Source: Takakia lepidozioides (lineage: Eukaryota; Plantae; Bryophyta). Taken from it: a stretch of 64,000 nucleotides of DNA. This document shows positions 50,456 to 61,411 of the stretch, one piece after another. The DNA lies in assembly GCA_030704615.1 (NCBI GenBank), contig CM060731.1, forward strand, positions 11,098,001-11,162,000, in the 5' to 3' direction. Position 1 is the stretch's first letter. Each line of letters begins with the position of its first letter. The notes below the pieces were generated by a model. The model was given only the letters and a program-made list of their open reading frames with translations, ran no database searches and was not told the origin of the DNA. The translations under genes and the position numbers were made by a program.

Positions 50456-51895
50456 TTATAAATCTGGAGGAACATAAGGATAATCTAACAAATGACACAA
50501 GGCATAGGGGTCTGAAACAGGTACAGTAGGTGAGGGAGATCGTTCAGCAGGGGAGACAAAATCACTTAAGGTAGTGTAGGGTGCAGGGATTTTGGATTTG
50601 TCTCTAGTCAAAGCATCTGCATTAACATTGTCCTTCCCACGCTTGTATGAGATGGTGAAGTCATAGCCTTGCAAGATTAGAGCCCATCTAGCTAACCTGC
50701 CAGTGAGTTCACAAAGAGTTAGCAAGGCTTTTAAAGGGAGATGATAAGTTTCAATGGTAAAATGACAGCCACGCAAAACTGCCTAAAATATTTGACGCCA
50801 AAGATCACGGCAAGGCCTTCCTTGTCAATGATGGAGTAATTGCGTTCATGTTTATCAAGGCAGCGAGAGGCGTAGGCGATGGCATGCTCCTGACCATCTT
50901 GAATCTGGCTTAACACAGCAGAGATAGCGAGATCACTGGCATCAGTTTGCAAGAGAAATGACAAGATAAAATCAGGATAGGCAAGCACAGGAGCAGAGGT
51001 AAGTGCAATTTTGAGCTTCTCAAATGCTGACATTTTTGCAGTACCCCAAACAAAACGAGCATCCTTGGATAACAAACGAGTGAGGGAAGCAGCTAACTTG
51101 GCAAACTGAAAAATGAAGCGACGATAGTAAGAACCCAAGCCTAAGAAGGCTTTAACGCATGTTTTATCCCGAGGGGCTGGATAGTTCCACACAACTTGGA
51201 TCTTGGCAGGGTCTGGACTGATGCTAGCAGTAGAAAGCAGATGGCCCAAGAAATGGAGCTGTTCCATACAAAAATCACACTTCTTGGCCTTAATCTTAAG
51301 CCCAACGGCACGAAGCCTGCACACAACCCGCTGTAAATCCAACAGATGAGCATCAAACGTTGTAGAGTAAATGTTGATGTCATCGATGTAAACCAAGGCA
51401 CATTCCCAACGAAGGTTTCCTAAAACGATATCCATTAGGCGATGAAATGTGGCAGTGGCGTTGCAAAGGCCAAAAGGCATGGTTTCAAATTGAAAAGAGG
51501 CCCATCCTGCAGGTGAAGGCAGTTTTCTCTTTAGCAGCAGCAGTTAAAGGAACTTGCCAAAAGCCAGAGGCTAAATCTAAGGAAGAGAAGATAGTGGCCC
51601 CATTAAGTTGATCTAGCGTTTCATTGATGCGTGGCAAAGGGTAAACATCCCTCTTATTGATGGCATTTAAACGCCGAAAATCAACGCAAAAGCGGGTTGA
51701 GCCATCATTTTTACCCACCAATACAATGGGACTGGCCCAAGGAGATATGGAGGGAGTAATGACACCAACATCAAGCATTTTTATAATCTCATCCTGAATG
51801 ACCTTGCGCTCACGTACGCTCTCCTTGTAGGCATGTTGTTTGATAGGCTTACCATCCGTGATGATGTCATGATCCAGAAGGGTTGTACGGCCCAA
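50456..51895 (-). pseudogene. Gypsy reverse transcriptase and RNase H
   Basis: SPWASPIVLV, RFCVDFRRLN, LDLASGFWQV, MPFGLCNA, VYIDDINIYS, LQTDAS, ERNYS, LARWALILQGYDF, NADALTR. Confidence 0.95.
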
Positions 51896-52140
51896 GTACT
51901 AAAGATGTCGAGATTGTCACGTAGAAACTGGTGCAGGCGACTAATCTGTTGGGGAGCAAGGTGATCACCTACCTTGATATCTTTTAATACTTGCTGGAAA
52001 TGTTGCTCTTTCTCCGGAGTAAGCGGGCATTTGTCAGTGGAACCAGAGTGAGAGTCAAAGGCCTGGAGTTGGTCCACAGGGGAGTCCACCAGCCCAATAT
52101 CATGAATACCGAGACCTTTCTGAACAGAGGTCAGCTCAGA

Positions 52141-52410
52141 CAAAGGAGTAGCAGTGAGTCTAGCAAGGACCTGACCCCTACATATATAGATGCTGATGCG
52201 TTCAGGATTAGCAAGAAGTAACCGGACCTCACCTTTGAAACCTCGGTCTAAAACCCCAGAAGCAATCAGACAGTGTTGTTGGAGGGTAAGTTTCTTCCAG
52301 CCCTCAATCTCAAGGAAATGACCTGCAGGGCAAGCAAAAGCTAGACCTGTAGGTATTATGCGCTGAGAAAAAGCAGGGATGATGAAGTCAACAGGAGAAC
52401 GTAGCAAAAG
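52141..52410 (-). pseudogene. dUTPase-like domain between protease and RT
   Basis: LRSPVDFIIPA..QRIIPTGLAFACPAGHFLEI...GVLDRGFKGEVRLLLAN...ICRGQVLARL follows the trimeric dUTPase pattern; motif II (RSG) is degenerate. Confidence 0.82.
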
Positions 52411-52649
52411 AGAGTTATTTGCCACGGGCAGTGGAGGTCCAGACTTCTTACCTGGTGGAGGGAAATGCCATTGATACAAGGTAACACCAATTGGGTGGAA
52501 TTGGCTGAACCTGGCCCAATTATAATGCAAACCCACCTGCTCCTTCATCTGCTCAGCTTGAAGCTTGATACTAGAATAGTTGGCCATAGAGGTCCCAGCA
52601 GCAATGGTAACATGGTTTAGATTCACCTTGTAGGGTTGCCCTTCACCAT

Positions 52650-54037
52650 TGTGAAGACACATAATATTATTCATGATGTCTATGTTGGCCTCTGCACCCT
52701 TCATCCAATCCAAACCCAACAAAACTTGCTCACCCATTGTGACAATGCAGGTTAGCAAGACAGTTTTCCCACTAATACGGATGGGTAGGTAACTAACCCG
52801 ATAGGTTCATAAGTCGTGCCATCAGCTATGGTAACCACAAGGCCATGAGCAGAGCCAAATCCAAGAATGCGAACTGTGCTAAGTGGAATGGCAGACATGG
52901 TACAGCCCGTATCAATAACACATGGAAAGGAAAGGTGGCCTACATGGCATTGTGTCATCAACGGGTGAATACAGTCTCGACTGACACGTTTATAGGCTTC
53001 ACAATGCATGAGTTTGAAATCACGAGAAAGAACGGCACTTACCAGCGTGTTGGGGTTCTTACCATGGTCATCTGTCACCCTCATAGATGACCTGGTTTGT
53101 TTAAAGTACCCTGCTGTTTCTTATCCCTTCGTAACTATTCAATCAAGGCAGGCAAGTCAGATTGGTAAGGGCACCACCTGGTATAATGCTTGATGGACTT
53201 GCAAATCATGCAAGCCACCACTGAGGTCCTGGTGTCATGATGCATGCCAGCATAGGCTTTACTTTGAGTCCCGGATCTGGCAGGGACTGCAGGGTTCCAG
53301 CCTACCTCAGCCTTGAAGACTTGCAGCTCTCCCTGGATTTCATTACGAAAGGATGACAATTCATGCACAATGGAAGGGACCAGATCTGCTGCAATACCTT
53401 TCACCCCAGGGTCCCCATCAGTAGGTTCTACATAGTGACTCTCACTAGCGAGATGAGTGTGTTTCGTGGTGGCAACTTTAGACAGGCCTGCCTTAGCAGC
53501 TTTGAGACGTAATCGTTCTTCAATCAATTCCACCATCTCATCTTGGTGTAAGACTGTTTTTGCAAAAACACTTTCTCAGCAGGTGGTAAGCCTTTTACAA
53601 AACAATGTTTCAAAATAACAGGTCTCTCTGATGCAATCAAAACCGACTTACAAATTGCAGTTCGTAAATCAATGTAGTATTTCCACACACTGTCGCCATA
53701 ATGAAATTTTAAGTCTGGTGTGGTGTAAGCTATGGGCTTTTCTTCACGAAAGAGCTTGCGAGCCATCGACCCACGTAAGATCAGTTTTGTCCTTAATGTT
53801 GGACTTAAATAGTTGCCTGGCCTCTCCCGTGAGACAGATCCAAAAGGACTTGACTTGGAATCGTGGAGGAATCCCATTCATTTCAAAGCTGATTTCAAAA
53901 AATTCCAAGAAGGACTCAAAATCCTTCCCTATGTTGTACTCAGGGTATTGCTGCTTATGCATTCGCTCTCCATGATCATATTTTTCGTGGAGGTGAGTTG
54001 GAAAAATGTGCAGCAGAGGAGAGGGAAGAGACAACAA
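52650..54037 (-). pseudogene. Gypsy gag and aspartic protease, frameshifted
   Basis: DFESFLEFFE...LTGEARQLF (gag), CMICKSIKHYTRWC (CCHC), CVIDTGCTMS and VLLGLDWM (protease). Confidence 0.82.
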
Positions 54038-55398
54038 CTAATGAAAAGAATCATATGGAAAGGGGAGAGTCGTCCGGAGATCACAAAGATCCGGCGACTG
54101 TGCCTCAGCCCACATTTGATTCGGACGAGCTGTGTGAAGCCATGGGGGTTATTTCAAGTTCCCCCCCCCCCCCCCCCTTTTGAAGATGTTGCTGAAACAA
54201 TCTGAGGCTCCAGACCCCATTGTTTCTTCTGCTTCCCTTTCTAGCATAGATCTTGTAAATACAGGCATGAGAAGAGAAGGACACGGCTACCTGTCCGAAG
54301 GAGCACTAAGCTGCGAGTCCCACCCAGACACACAGTGGGAGGTGATGAAGCGGTGCTTGTGCAGCAAGTACACTCCTTCGCCCAAGAATGCCCACAGCTC
54401 TTCTTCTCCCTTGAGCCAAAAAGCCACGCGCACAATGTTGCGCAACACTTTCTCTTTCACCAACAGGGTGTGTGCAGGATAGTTTCGAGCTTCATCGGCC
54501 TTTGTAGAGACCTACCGTTTCACGCCGAAAACACACCCCCGGAAAGATCAACACATCACTGGGACAAAAAGGAAATTCAGAGTCAGGGATACCCGTGATG
54601 AGCTCTTCCCAAGTGGGATCCCGGGTAGGGGCTGGCGGAACTCGAGGTCTTAAATTAGCAAGCAGGATAGATGTTCATCCCTTAACCAGTTCCCACAAGC
54701 GTAGAGGGCTCGGCTTGTCAGGAGGTAGGAAGCTCTCAAGCTCCACACCCAATTCTCGACTCACAAAGAATTGTGGGATGCCCAAGACAACCCAGCTAAG
54801 CTTCTCACCACCCTCCAACTGTTCCTTGGCACTAGCAAGGGGGATTTGTAGAGTAACTTCCCTGGAGTGAAGTTTGAGGAGCAGGCGCACAGCATAGGCC
54901 CCCTGAAGCAATTCACGAATGCGCATGTTCTGCTCCCGCTGCTATGCTTTGGTACGTATGGGCTTGTAGGCTTCCTTGCGCGCAGTTTCCTCAAATGTTT
55001 TGGCCCAGAATTCCGAGGGCGTGTCCAACGGGAGCTCAGGGCGCGGAAGAGGTTCTCCTTCCAGGTAATCAACAAAAACCAACTGCTCAGGCAACAGGTT
55101 GCGCGCAAGTTCGCAAATGTAGCGAGATTCCAACGCCAAAGTATGCTTCAAGCGCGGGACCTCAAATTGATCAAGTTCAAACCAACCACGTTTAGAACTG
55201 GAAGCCATCGCGCTTGTTTGCCGAACTCTCAAAACACAAGAAAACACAAACAGACAAACTCCCTCTCTCTCTCTCTCTGTGCAAGACAACAGCCGCCATT
55301 TTGCCACCCCTCTCCCTGCAATCATGCAGAATCCCCGTACCCAATCTACTGTTCTCAGGTGCTCCGTACTCACTAAATCCTCTGTTAACGACTTTAGT

Positions 55399-55416
55399 TA
55401 CCCCGCATCTCCACCA
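55399..55416 (-). other. Primer binding site complementary to the tRNA-Ala 3' end
   Basis: Plus strand TACCCCGCATCTCCACCA equals the 3' 18 nt (with CCA) of plant tRNA-Ala as I recall it; abuts the LTR end. Confidence 0.85.
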
Positions 55417-55957
55417 TGATTCCGGCGCTATAGGTTTGTTCCCCTTCCTCTACCGGACTTGACCCTATCTGGGGAATGTAGTCAGTAGAAGGGCCTGGCA
55501 GAGAAGACGGAATCTTTCTAAGAGGACGCCACAAACCTAGACCTCCAACACTCTCATCCAACCACTTAGGCACACCGTTACGCCCAACGTACGCTCACGT
55601 AAGACTCAAAAGCCACCACCCTCACTACCACGGCAGTGAGGCTTAAATAACATAAGGTCATAATCTAATCTTAGTGCCATGTGACACTTACACATAGGTC
55701 CACCAGATGTCCTTCCAGCATAGCCATAGAAAGAAACGAGATCACCCAGTCCCATCCTAATCTGATCCTAAACTAGTTGTTAGAATAAGACAGCCCCTAT
55801 TAAAGCCATCAGCTGTTGCCAGCTCATCCTCATGCGCAAGGTGTAAGTCCATCCAACTTTCATCCTAGCTTCGTCCATCCCTTAAATCATCCGGAGCACA
55901 TCCCTCCTCCTTCCATCCATGTCGAAAAGTAAGGAGAGAAGGATTCCTAGCTCCACA
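55417..55957 (-). repeat. 5' LTR
   Basis: Direct repeat of 48046-48574; minus strand TGTGG...AATCA. Confidence 0.92.
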
Positions 55958-56270
55958 GCTCCCAGGTGTTTCCATTTGGAAAAAAACAAAAATTGCCACA
56001 AGGGCCACATGTAAATTCTAACCAGCACCGTGGCGAGAATAACTACCTGAATGAAAAAAAAAAAAAAAAACTACCTTGGTAGGATTAGAAAAGTGGCTTA
56101 CATAACAGGAGTCAAATCTGAAGAGGTCCGTCCATGCAGGAAAATCAGGCTCTTGTTATATAACCATTGGCCTTTCTGGCTAAGTTCTGATTTCTACTCC
56201 CATAATTCCCTTGTAAAAGTAGCTGACCCCTTTTCCAGGTCGAGTTTTTGCCAGATTAAAAACACTGACC

Positions 56271-56420
56271 ACAGTTGGTAGCTCAGTTGGATAGTGCACT
56301 CAGTGCCATGATTCTGGGGTCGAATCCTGCTACATTGATGGCTGTGGTATGTCCTTCTCCCCCTTCCCCTGGGCGATGTCCCATGCGAAAGCCTCGAGGG
56401 CGATTATTTTTTCCTCTCAG
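56271..56420 (+). mobile_element. tRNA-derived SINE, partial copy
   Basis: GGTAGCTCAGTTGGATAGTGCAC...GGGTCGAATCC plus the shared body. Confidence 0.75.
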
Positions 56421-57242
56421 AGAGATCCCATCGTCACAGAGAACCAAGAATGTCTTCTGATATAATTACAGTTTTGTTTTGGTTTCCATGTCCGTTTGAC
56501 ATGCACTCTTATAAGTTCTCTTCTGATGCATCTATTTCCATCTTGTTTTGACGCCTGTGTCCAGCCCAGTGTCCACCCCCTCCGCAATGAACCAAAAAGT
56601 TGGACATCTAAGCATTCATACATACACAATTTTTGATGGTGCTGTCATTCTTGCTCTAAGCATTCATTGAAGGAAAGCTGATTGCAATGGTTTTGGATTT
56701 GTTTCCCATATGAAAACTGGGACATCAGGTGCCCAGGCTCATAGGTGGCAGCAGAGGTAACATCAAGTCGAAGAGCCACTTTTTGCTCTCTACCATAGTT
56801 TGAAGAGTGAACAAGTTAGCACTCTCTCACTCTGGGTCCCATGTGAGGGTTGAATATGTAAACTCTCGAACGTGGGAGCTTGTAGGGAGCATTCAAATCT
56901 TCGAGCAGAAAAAACCTACACAATCTTATCAAAGAGCATGCCCACCAGGTATGACCGGACACAACTTTGCAGTGTACCAGCAATCTTTCTATTAATCATA
57001 CTCAGCTTCACAATTTACCTGCTGCTCAATTCACAATTTACCTTCCTTCTAATAAGAAGCCATTGGGTTAAATTTAAAGAAATCTAGATACAGAAAATCA
57101 ATGTCTTGAATAGATAAATGCTCAAATATGTGGCAGCCAAGCTTATTTGCTTGCCAATTCAATTGGTGCCTTCCCCTTCCAGAACCTAATTCTGTGGTGC
57201 TCCATCCTGGAATGTTTGAGAAATTCGTCTATGGCGGCAAAG

Positions 57243-60200
57243 CTAATCTGATTCCCCTGAGTCAGGACATTGACTGTGAAAATCTGCCTCAGATATCATG
57301 GACCACTTGGCGAGTCCCTGAAACTCCTCCAAGGTGAGAAGGATTTTTTTTGGTGCCTCATGTTCTCTTGACAAAGGGAGAGCCACTTCCCCACCATCAT
57401 AAAGAACTCGCACAAAGTGTTGACCACCTCCTGGACTTCGCCAGAGCTCCATGCAAATGGATGATGTGTATTGCGGCCAATCTGGCCACTGCACACCCAA
57501 AGCCACTGTCCCAACCAGACAATTTAGTCAACCAAAAAACAGCATCCTGCAAGTGGCACTCTTAGGTATGAGATTCAGGGTGTAGAATGCAGAAACACAC
57601 ATCAGTTTTGAAGTGGTGACTGCCCAAATCTAGCTAACTTGCCAAGACAGTTTTGCATGGCAGCAAGTTCATGTGTCTATCTTGGTTGTAATGCTTGCAT
57701 CAGTCTATTTAAGAGGGAATATATGTGAGAAGTTTCTGGACCTGAGAGGGGCATAATGGTGGCATCATGTCCCGAGTAGAGAAACAAGCAAGAGCTTGGC
57801 GAGTAGGGGCTTCGGATGCGCTCTACCATTACATCCATCACTTCCCTCACAAGCCTTCCCATTGACAACTGTAGAATATCCCTATCCTGTTCACATTTAG
57901 TCACCCAAATAAACATTATTAATGACATCTACAGCAGAGAGTTCTGAAAGAGAGAAAGAATTGAGCTTCAGAATTTGGGTGAGCTTTGAATTACTGAAAG
58001 CAGAAAGGTTAGGGACCTGAAAGGACATGGCATAGTCATGTGCAAGAAGCCGTCGAACTTCGGTCAACTCTGCCTCAGACACTCCATCTGGTAGAGGGTC
58101 CCCATGAAATTGCCCACATTCTAATGTATCGACTGCCTGCCACACAAACATTCAGGAAGAATCAACACGTGCATATGGGTATGCCTATCCGTGAGAAAGA
58201 GAGAAAGAAAAACTTTTTAGTGTCCACAGGGGCCCCAAGGGCCCTTTGGAGAAAGTACGAATACATGAGATTATTCATAGTGGTTTTTTAGCACGGAGAC
58301 AAGGGAGGTAGACAAACACAGATAATCATTTGCACACAAATCACTAGAGGAACATAATAAGGAAAAATGAAGTTGGTACATCCATGGGCGCCGAGAGCAA
58401 TAGGATAAAAATAACAAAGAAAGGAATAAACTTTGTCCATAGGAAAGTCAAAGAGTCTACTCAACCAGAAAAAGTTCAAACAATGATGAGAGAAAAACAG
58501 TTACAGAATAAAATTCAACGAGAATGCTGGCACTTACGGTAACCCATGGAAACCCTGGTTTATCCATCGAGAGAAGAAATCCAGGATTCTCTTCTGAAAT
58601 CTCCAGACCATTTGCCATGGAAATTTGCATATCCTGTAAGATGCCATGAGATTCATACACAGAAAAGATGAATATAAGATGGCTGTAAATCATAGCTGGT
58701 TGATTTCTACATTAAAATTTGGATTCCCAACTTCTATCTCAATAAATGGAGGAGCCTGCAGAACCTTGAAGCGGGTTCGCCAATTTGTTGATAAAGTTCC
58801 GTCAGGTCCAACCAATTCCCTTCTAGCCATCCATGCTGTCTTCCAGCGCTTTGCAAGGCTGCACATGAGATTCAGGAATGATAAATCACTTCAGATAATA
58901 TTAAATGATGCCTCAAGACAACCTGCCTCATGTAGTCCAAGTCACCAGGCACTTTCTTTCAAAGCTGAAACCCTCTGCCAAAGAATGTCTCTAAAGTGAA
59001 AAACTATCTCCCACGGATCTCACAGTGTTTAGGACAGGGGTAAAAGAAATAGTACTGTCTCTTGGGTACAGACAGGCCAAGATTGCCCTGAAATAGCCAT
59101 GAAATGAGTAAGAAAAACTTTGTAGATCATTACAGAGTCATAACCTACTGATAATTCAGGGTCAGCAGAAATTAATGCCTAATAATTTATGTTATTTCCT
59201 AGAGAAGTGTTGAATATTTGTAATTTTTCCCAACAGCTAAAAACTACAACAATTGTGCATAAATTGAGAGGGAAAAAAATAATTTACGAACTTTACATTG
59301 TCCCTTATTGCATTCCAATCCACAGTAATGTGTTATATATACTTCTTGGTGTGACAGATCAATAGAATCAGATTTCCAGTGCAGATTTTGAGTGTAAAAA
59401 TCTATTTTTGAAATTTAGGCAAGGAAAAAGCCAGGGTGACCTAGGTGCCTTTGCTGCCTGCTGCGGCTGACTACACCCCTTTGCCAAAACCTCAAAAAAA
59501 CTTATCTTACTTTTGGATCCTGGTCAACAGGAGAGAATTCTGGGGCCTGATTTGTGAGGAGTCGCTCCCAGGTAAAGAAACAAATTTGGCCCAAAATCCT
59601 TGTAGGAGGTAGAGGAGCTACTCCAAGCCCTTCTCCATCAGCAGAACCACTAACACCATGATATATAATCATTGAGAAAACCGGGGACCTTGAAGGTAGG
59701 ATGTTACAGGATTTACTATATGTGTGAGGTGACAGACAACAAGACTCGCCTTCTCGAACTAGATGTAGGTAGGAAAGTGGAAATTACCGAGGGCAGTGTT
59801 CGTTGTGGTACAAATTTTCATCCTTCTCCTCTCTACACAAGATGGGAATGGATTTGGCAGCTTTGGGGGACCCCAGAAGGCCTTCCAGGACAAACCACCC
59901 TGATGAAATACAGAGGCAATCAGTGTGAGTTCAGAGTACATGCTGAATCCAACCGTCTTGCACCATCTTTCAAGACGGACCACAAGGCTACGGCAAACAA
60001 AGTCTTATGAGTACATATCAAGAGGGACCCTTCCTGACGACCTGTACACACATAGAAACATACATCTTTGCTTCCCAGAGGGCATAAGAAGGTAAAGAGG
60101 CATTGTTGAATGTGATGGTTAGTTGACTTCCATCTTATCTGAAAGCATAATAGATATTAGTTGATGTGAGGATTTTCCATCTACTCACATCCTGCCAACA

Positions 60201-61411
60201 AAACACCATCCACCTCCTCAGGACAATCAACTTACTCGTGCTGCCTCTAGAAATTCTAACAGCCAGTATCCTCTATAACTTCCCTGGAGTACGCACTCTT
60301 TCCCAATGTAGTTATGAAGTGAAAAGATAAGTGGCCACGAGCGGTTTAAGGAACTTCACCCTTAAACTACCCCTTCCTTTTGACAATATCAAGAGAATTT
60401 TCTTTCTCTTTCTCTTCCAAATGAGGAAATGAGTAGTAACCCAGATCAAATCTTACAAACTGTTACTCTTTTCCTCCCTCCCTCCCTCTGAAGGATTGGT
60501 CATGTTATACCAGTGAGATGGGTGCGTAGGAAATTGGTGGAGCGCAGCTGAATAAACCTCTCTGGTGACTCCAAGTCGTTCAAAGACTCAGGCCCACAGA
60601 GCGCAGGAAGATAATGCTCCCTTAGCCAGGCCCCCAGTGCCCTTGCTTGGTCTGCCCCTGTTTTGTGTCAAGTCCCATTCAGTTTCACACCAACATGTGT
60701 CTGAAGAATCCAATAGCAAGCATATCACACTTTCATCCTTTCCCTCCAACCACTAGAAGAAGAAAAAGGAATTTATTACATCCATTGGCGGGCCAGAGGG
60801 AAAGGGTGGGAGACACAAAAGGAGATGGACAAAAAATGAGAGCCGGGGCAGTAGAGTGCAAGACAGAATGAATGTAGTCATAAGTACAATACTTTGGGGA
60901 TGGAAGGCTCACTCCAGTAGTGGAGTTGGAGTTAAAGTTGGTTCTAGCCTTGCAGACTTGCTCTACAAAGTGCTTAACCCTAACATCAAGTAATCACCCC
61001 AGAATTGAGTAGAGGCCACAAATTTCAGCATTCTCTTTGGCTTCTCAAACCAAGAAAAGGGAGTGCGGTCTGTTTGATCCTCAAAGAGGGTGTCTAGTTG
61101 AGCAGAGTACCCATCAAAGTGTATCAAAGAATGTTAAATAACCTCAGCATCATGCCTGCATCTTAGGCCTGCCAGTGGATTAGGGGAAGAGAGGAAATCC
61201 AAAGCTGCTACAGACTTGGACAAATTAGCATGAAGGACATTAGGAGACCTTTTCTTGTGAGTAGCCCCCATGGAAACTTCTGGGGAAAGTAATCTCGCTG
61301 TGGCAAACTAGTGGGCACCTCTTGTAATCGGCTCACCCATAGCTCTGACCTGGCTTTGGCTTCACCAAGGGGGGTTGGTGATCTGTCCCCATGCCGGAAA
61401 AATGCATGTAC
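57243..61411 (-). CDS. Histidine acid phosphatase (clade 2, ACP6-like); exons about 61411-61249, 60657-60511, 59087-59024, 58858-58765, 58633-58538, 58136-58017, 57886-57742, 57505-57243; first exon not located
   Basis: VHAFFRHGDRSP, PWGLLTRKG, LGAWLREHY, RSTNFLRT, AILACLYP, LYSGHDATI, WPQYTSSICMELW, FVRVLYDG. Splice phases around 59024-59087 did not resolve. Confidence 0.85.

Larger units (their letters stand above)
48041..55957 (-). mobile_element. Ty3/Gypsy LTR retrotransposon with dUTPase-like domain (defective)
   Basis: LTRs 48041-48574 and 55417-55957; termini TGT...ACA; probable 4-bp TSD GCTA/GCTC; gag-PR-dUTPase-RT-RH-IN order. Confidence 0.93.

Noticed and set aside
56271-56340. Functional tRNA gene
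   Set aside because: A and B boxes present but no convincing cloverleaf; it runs into a body shared with other dispersed copies (SINE).
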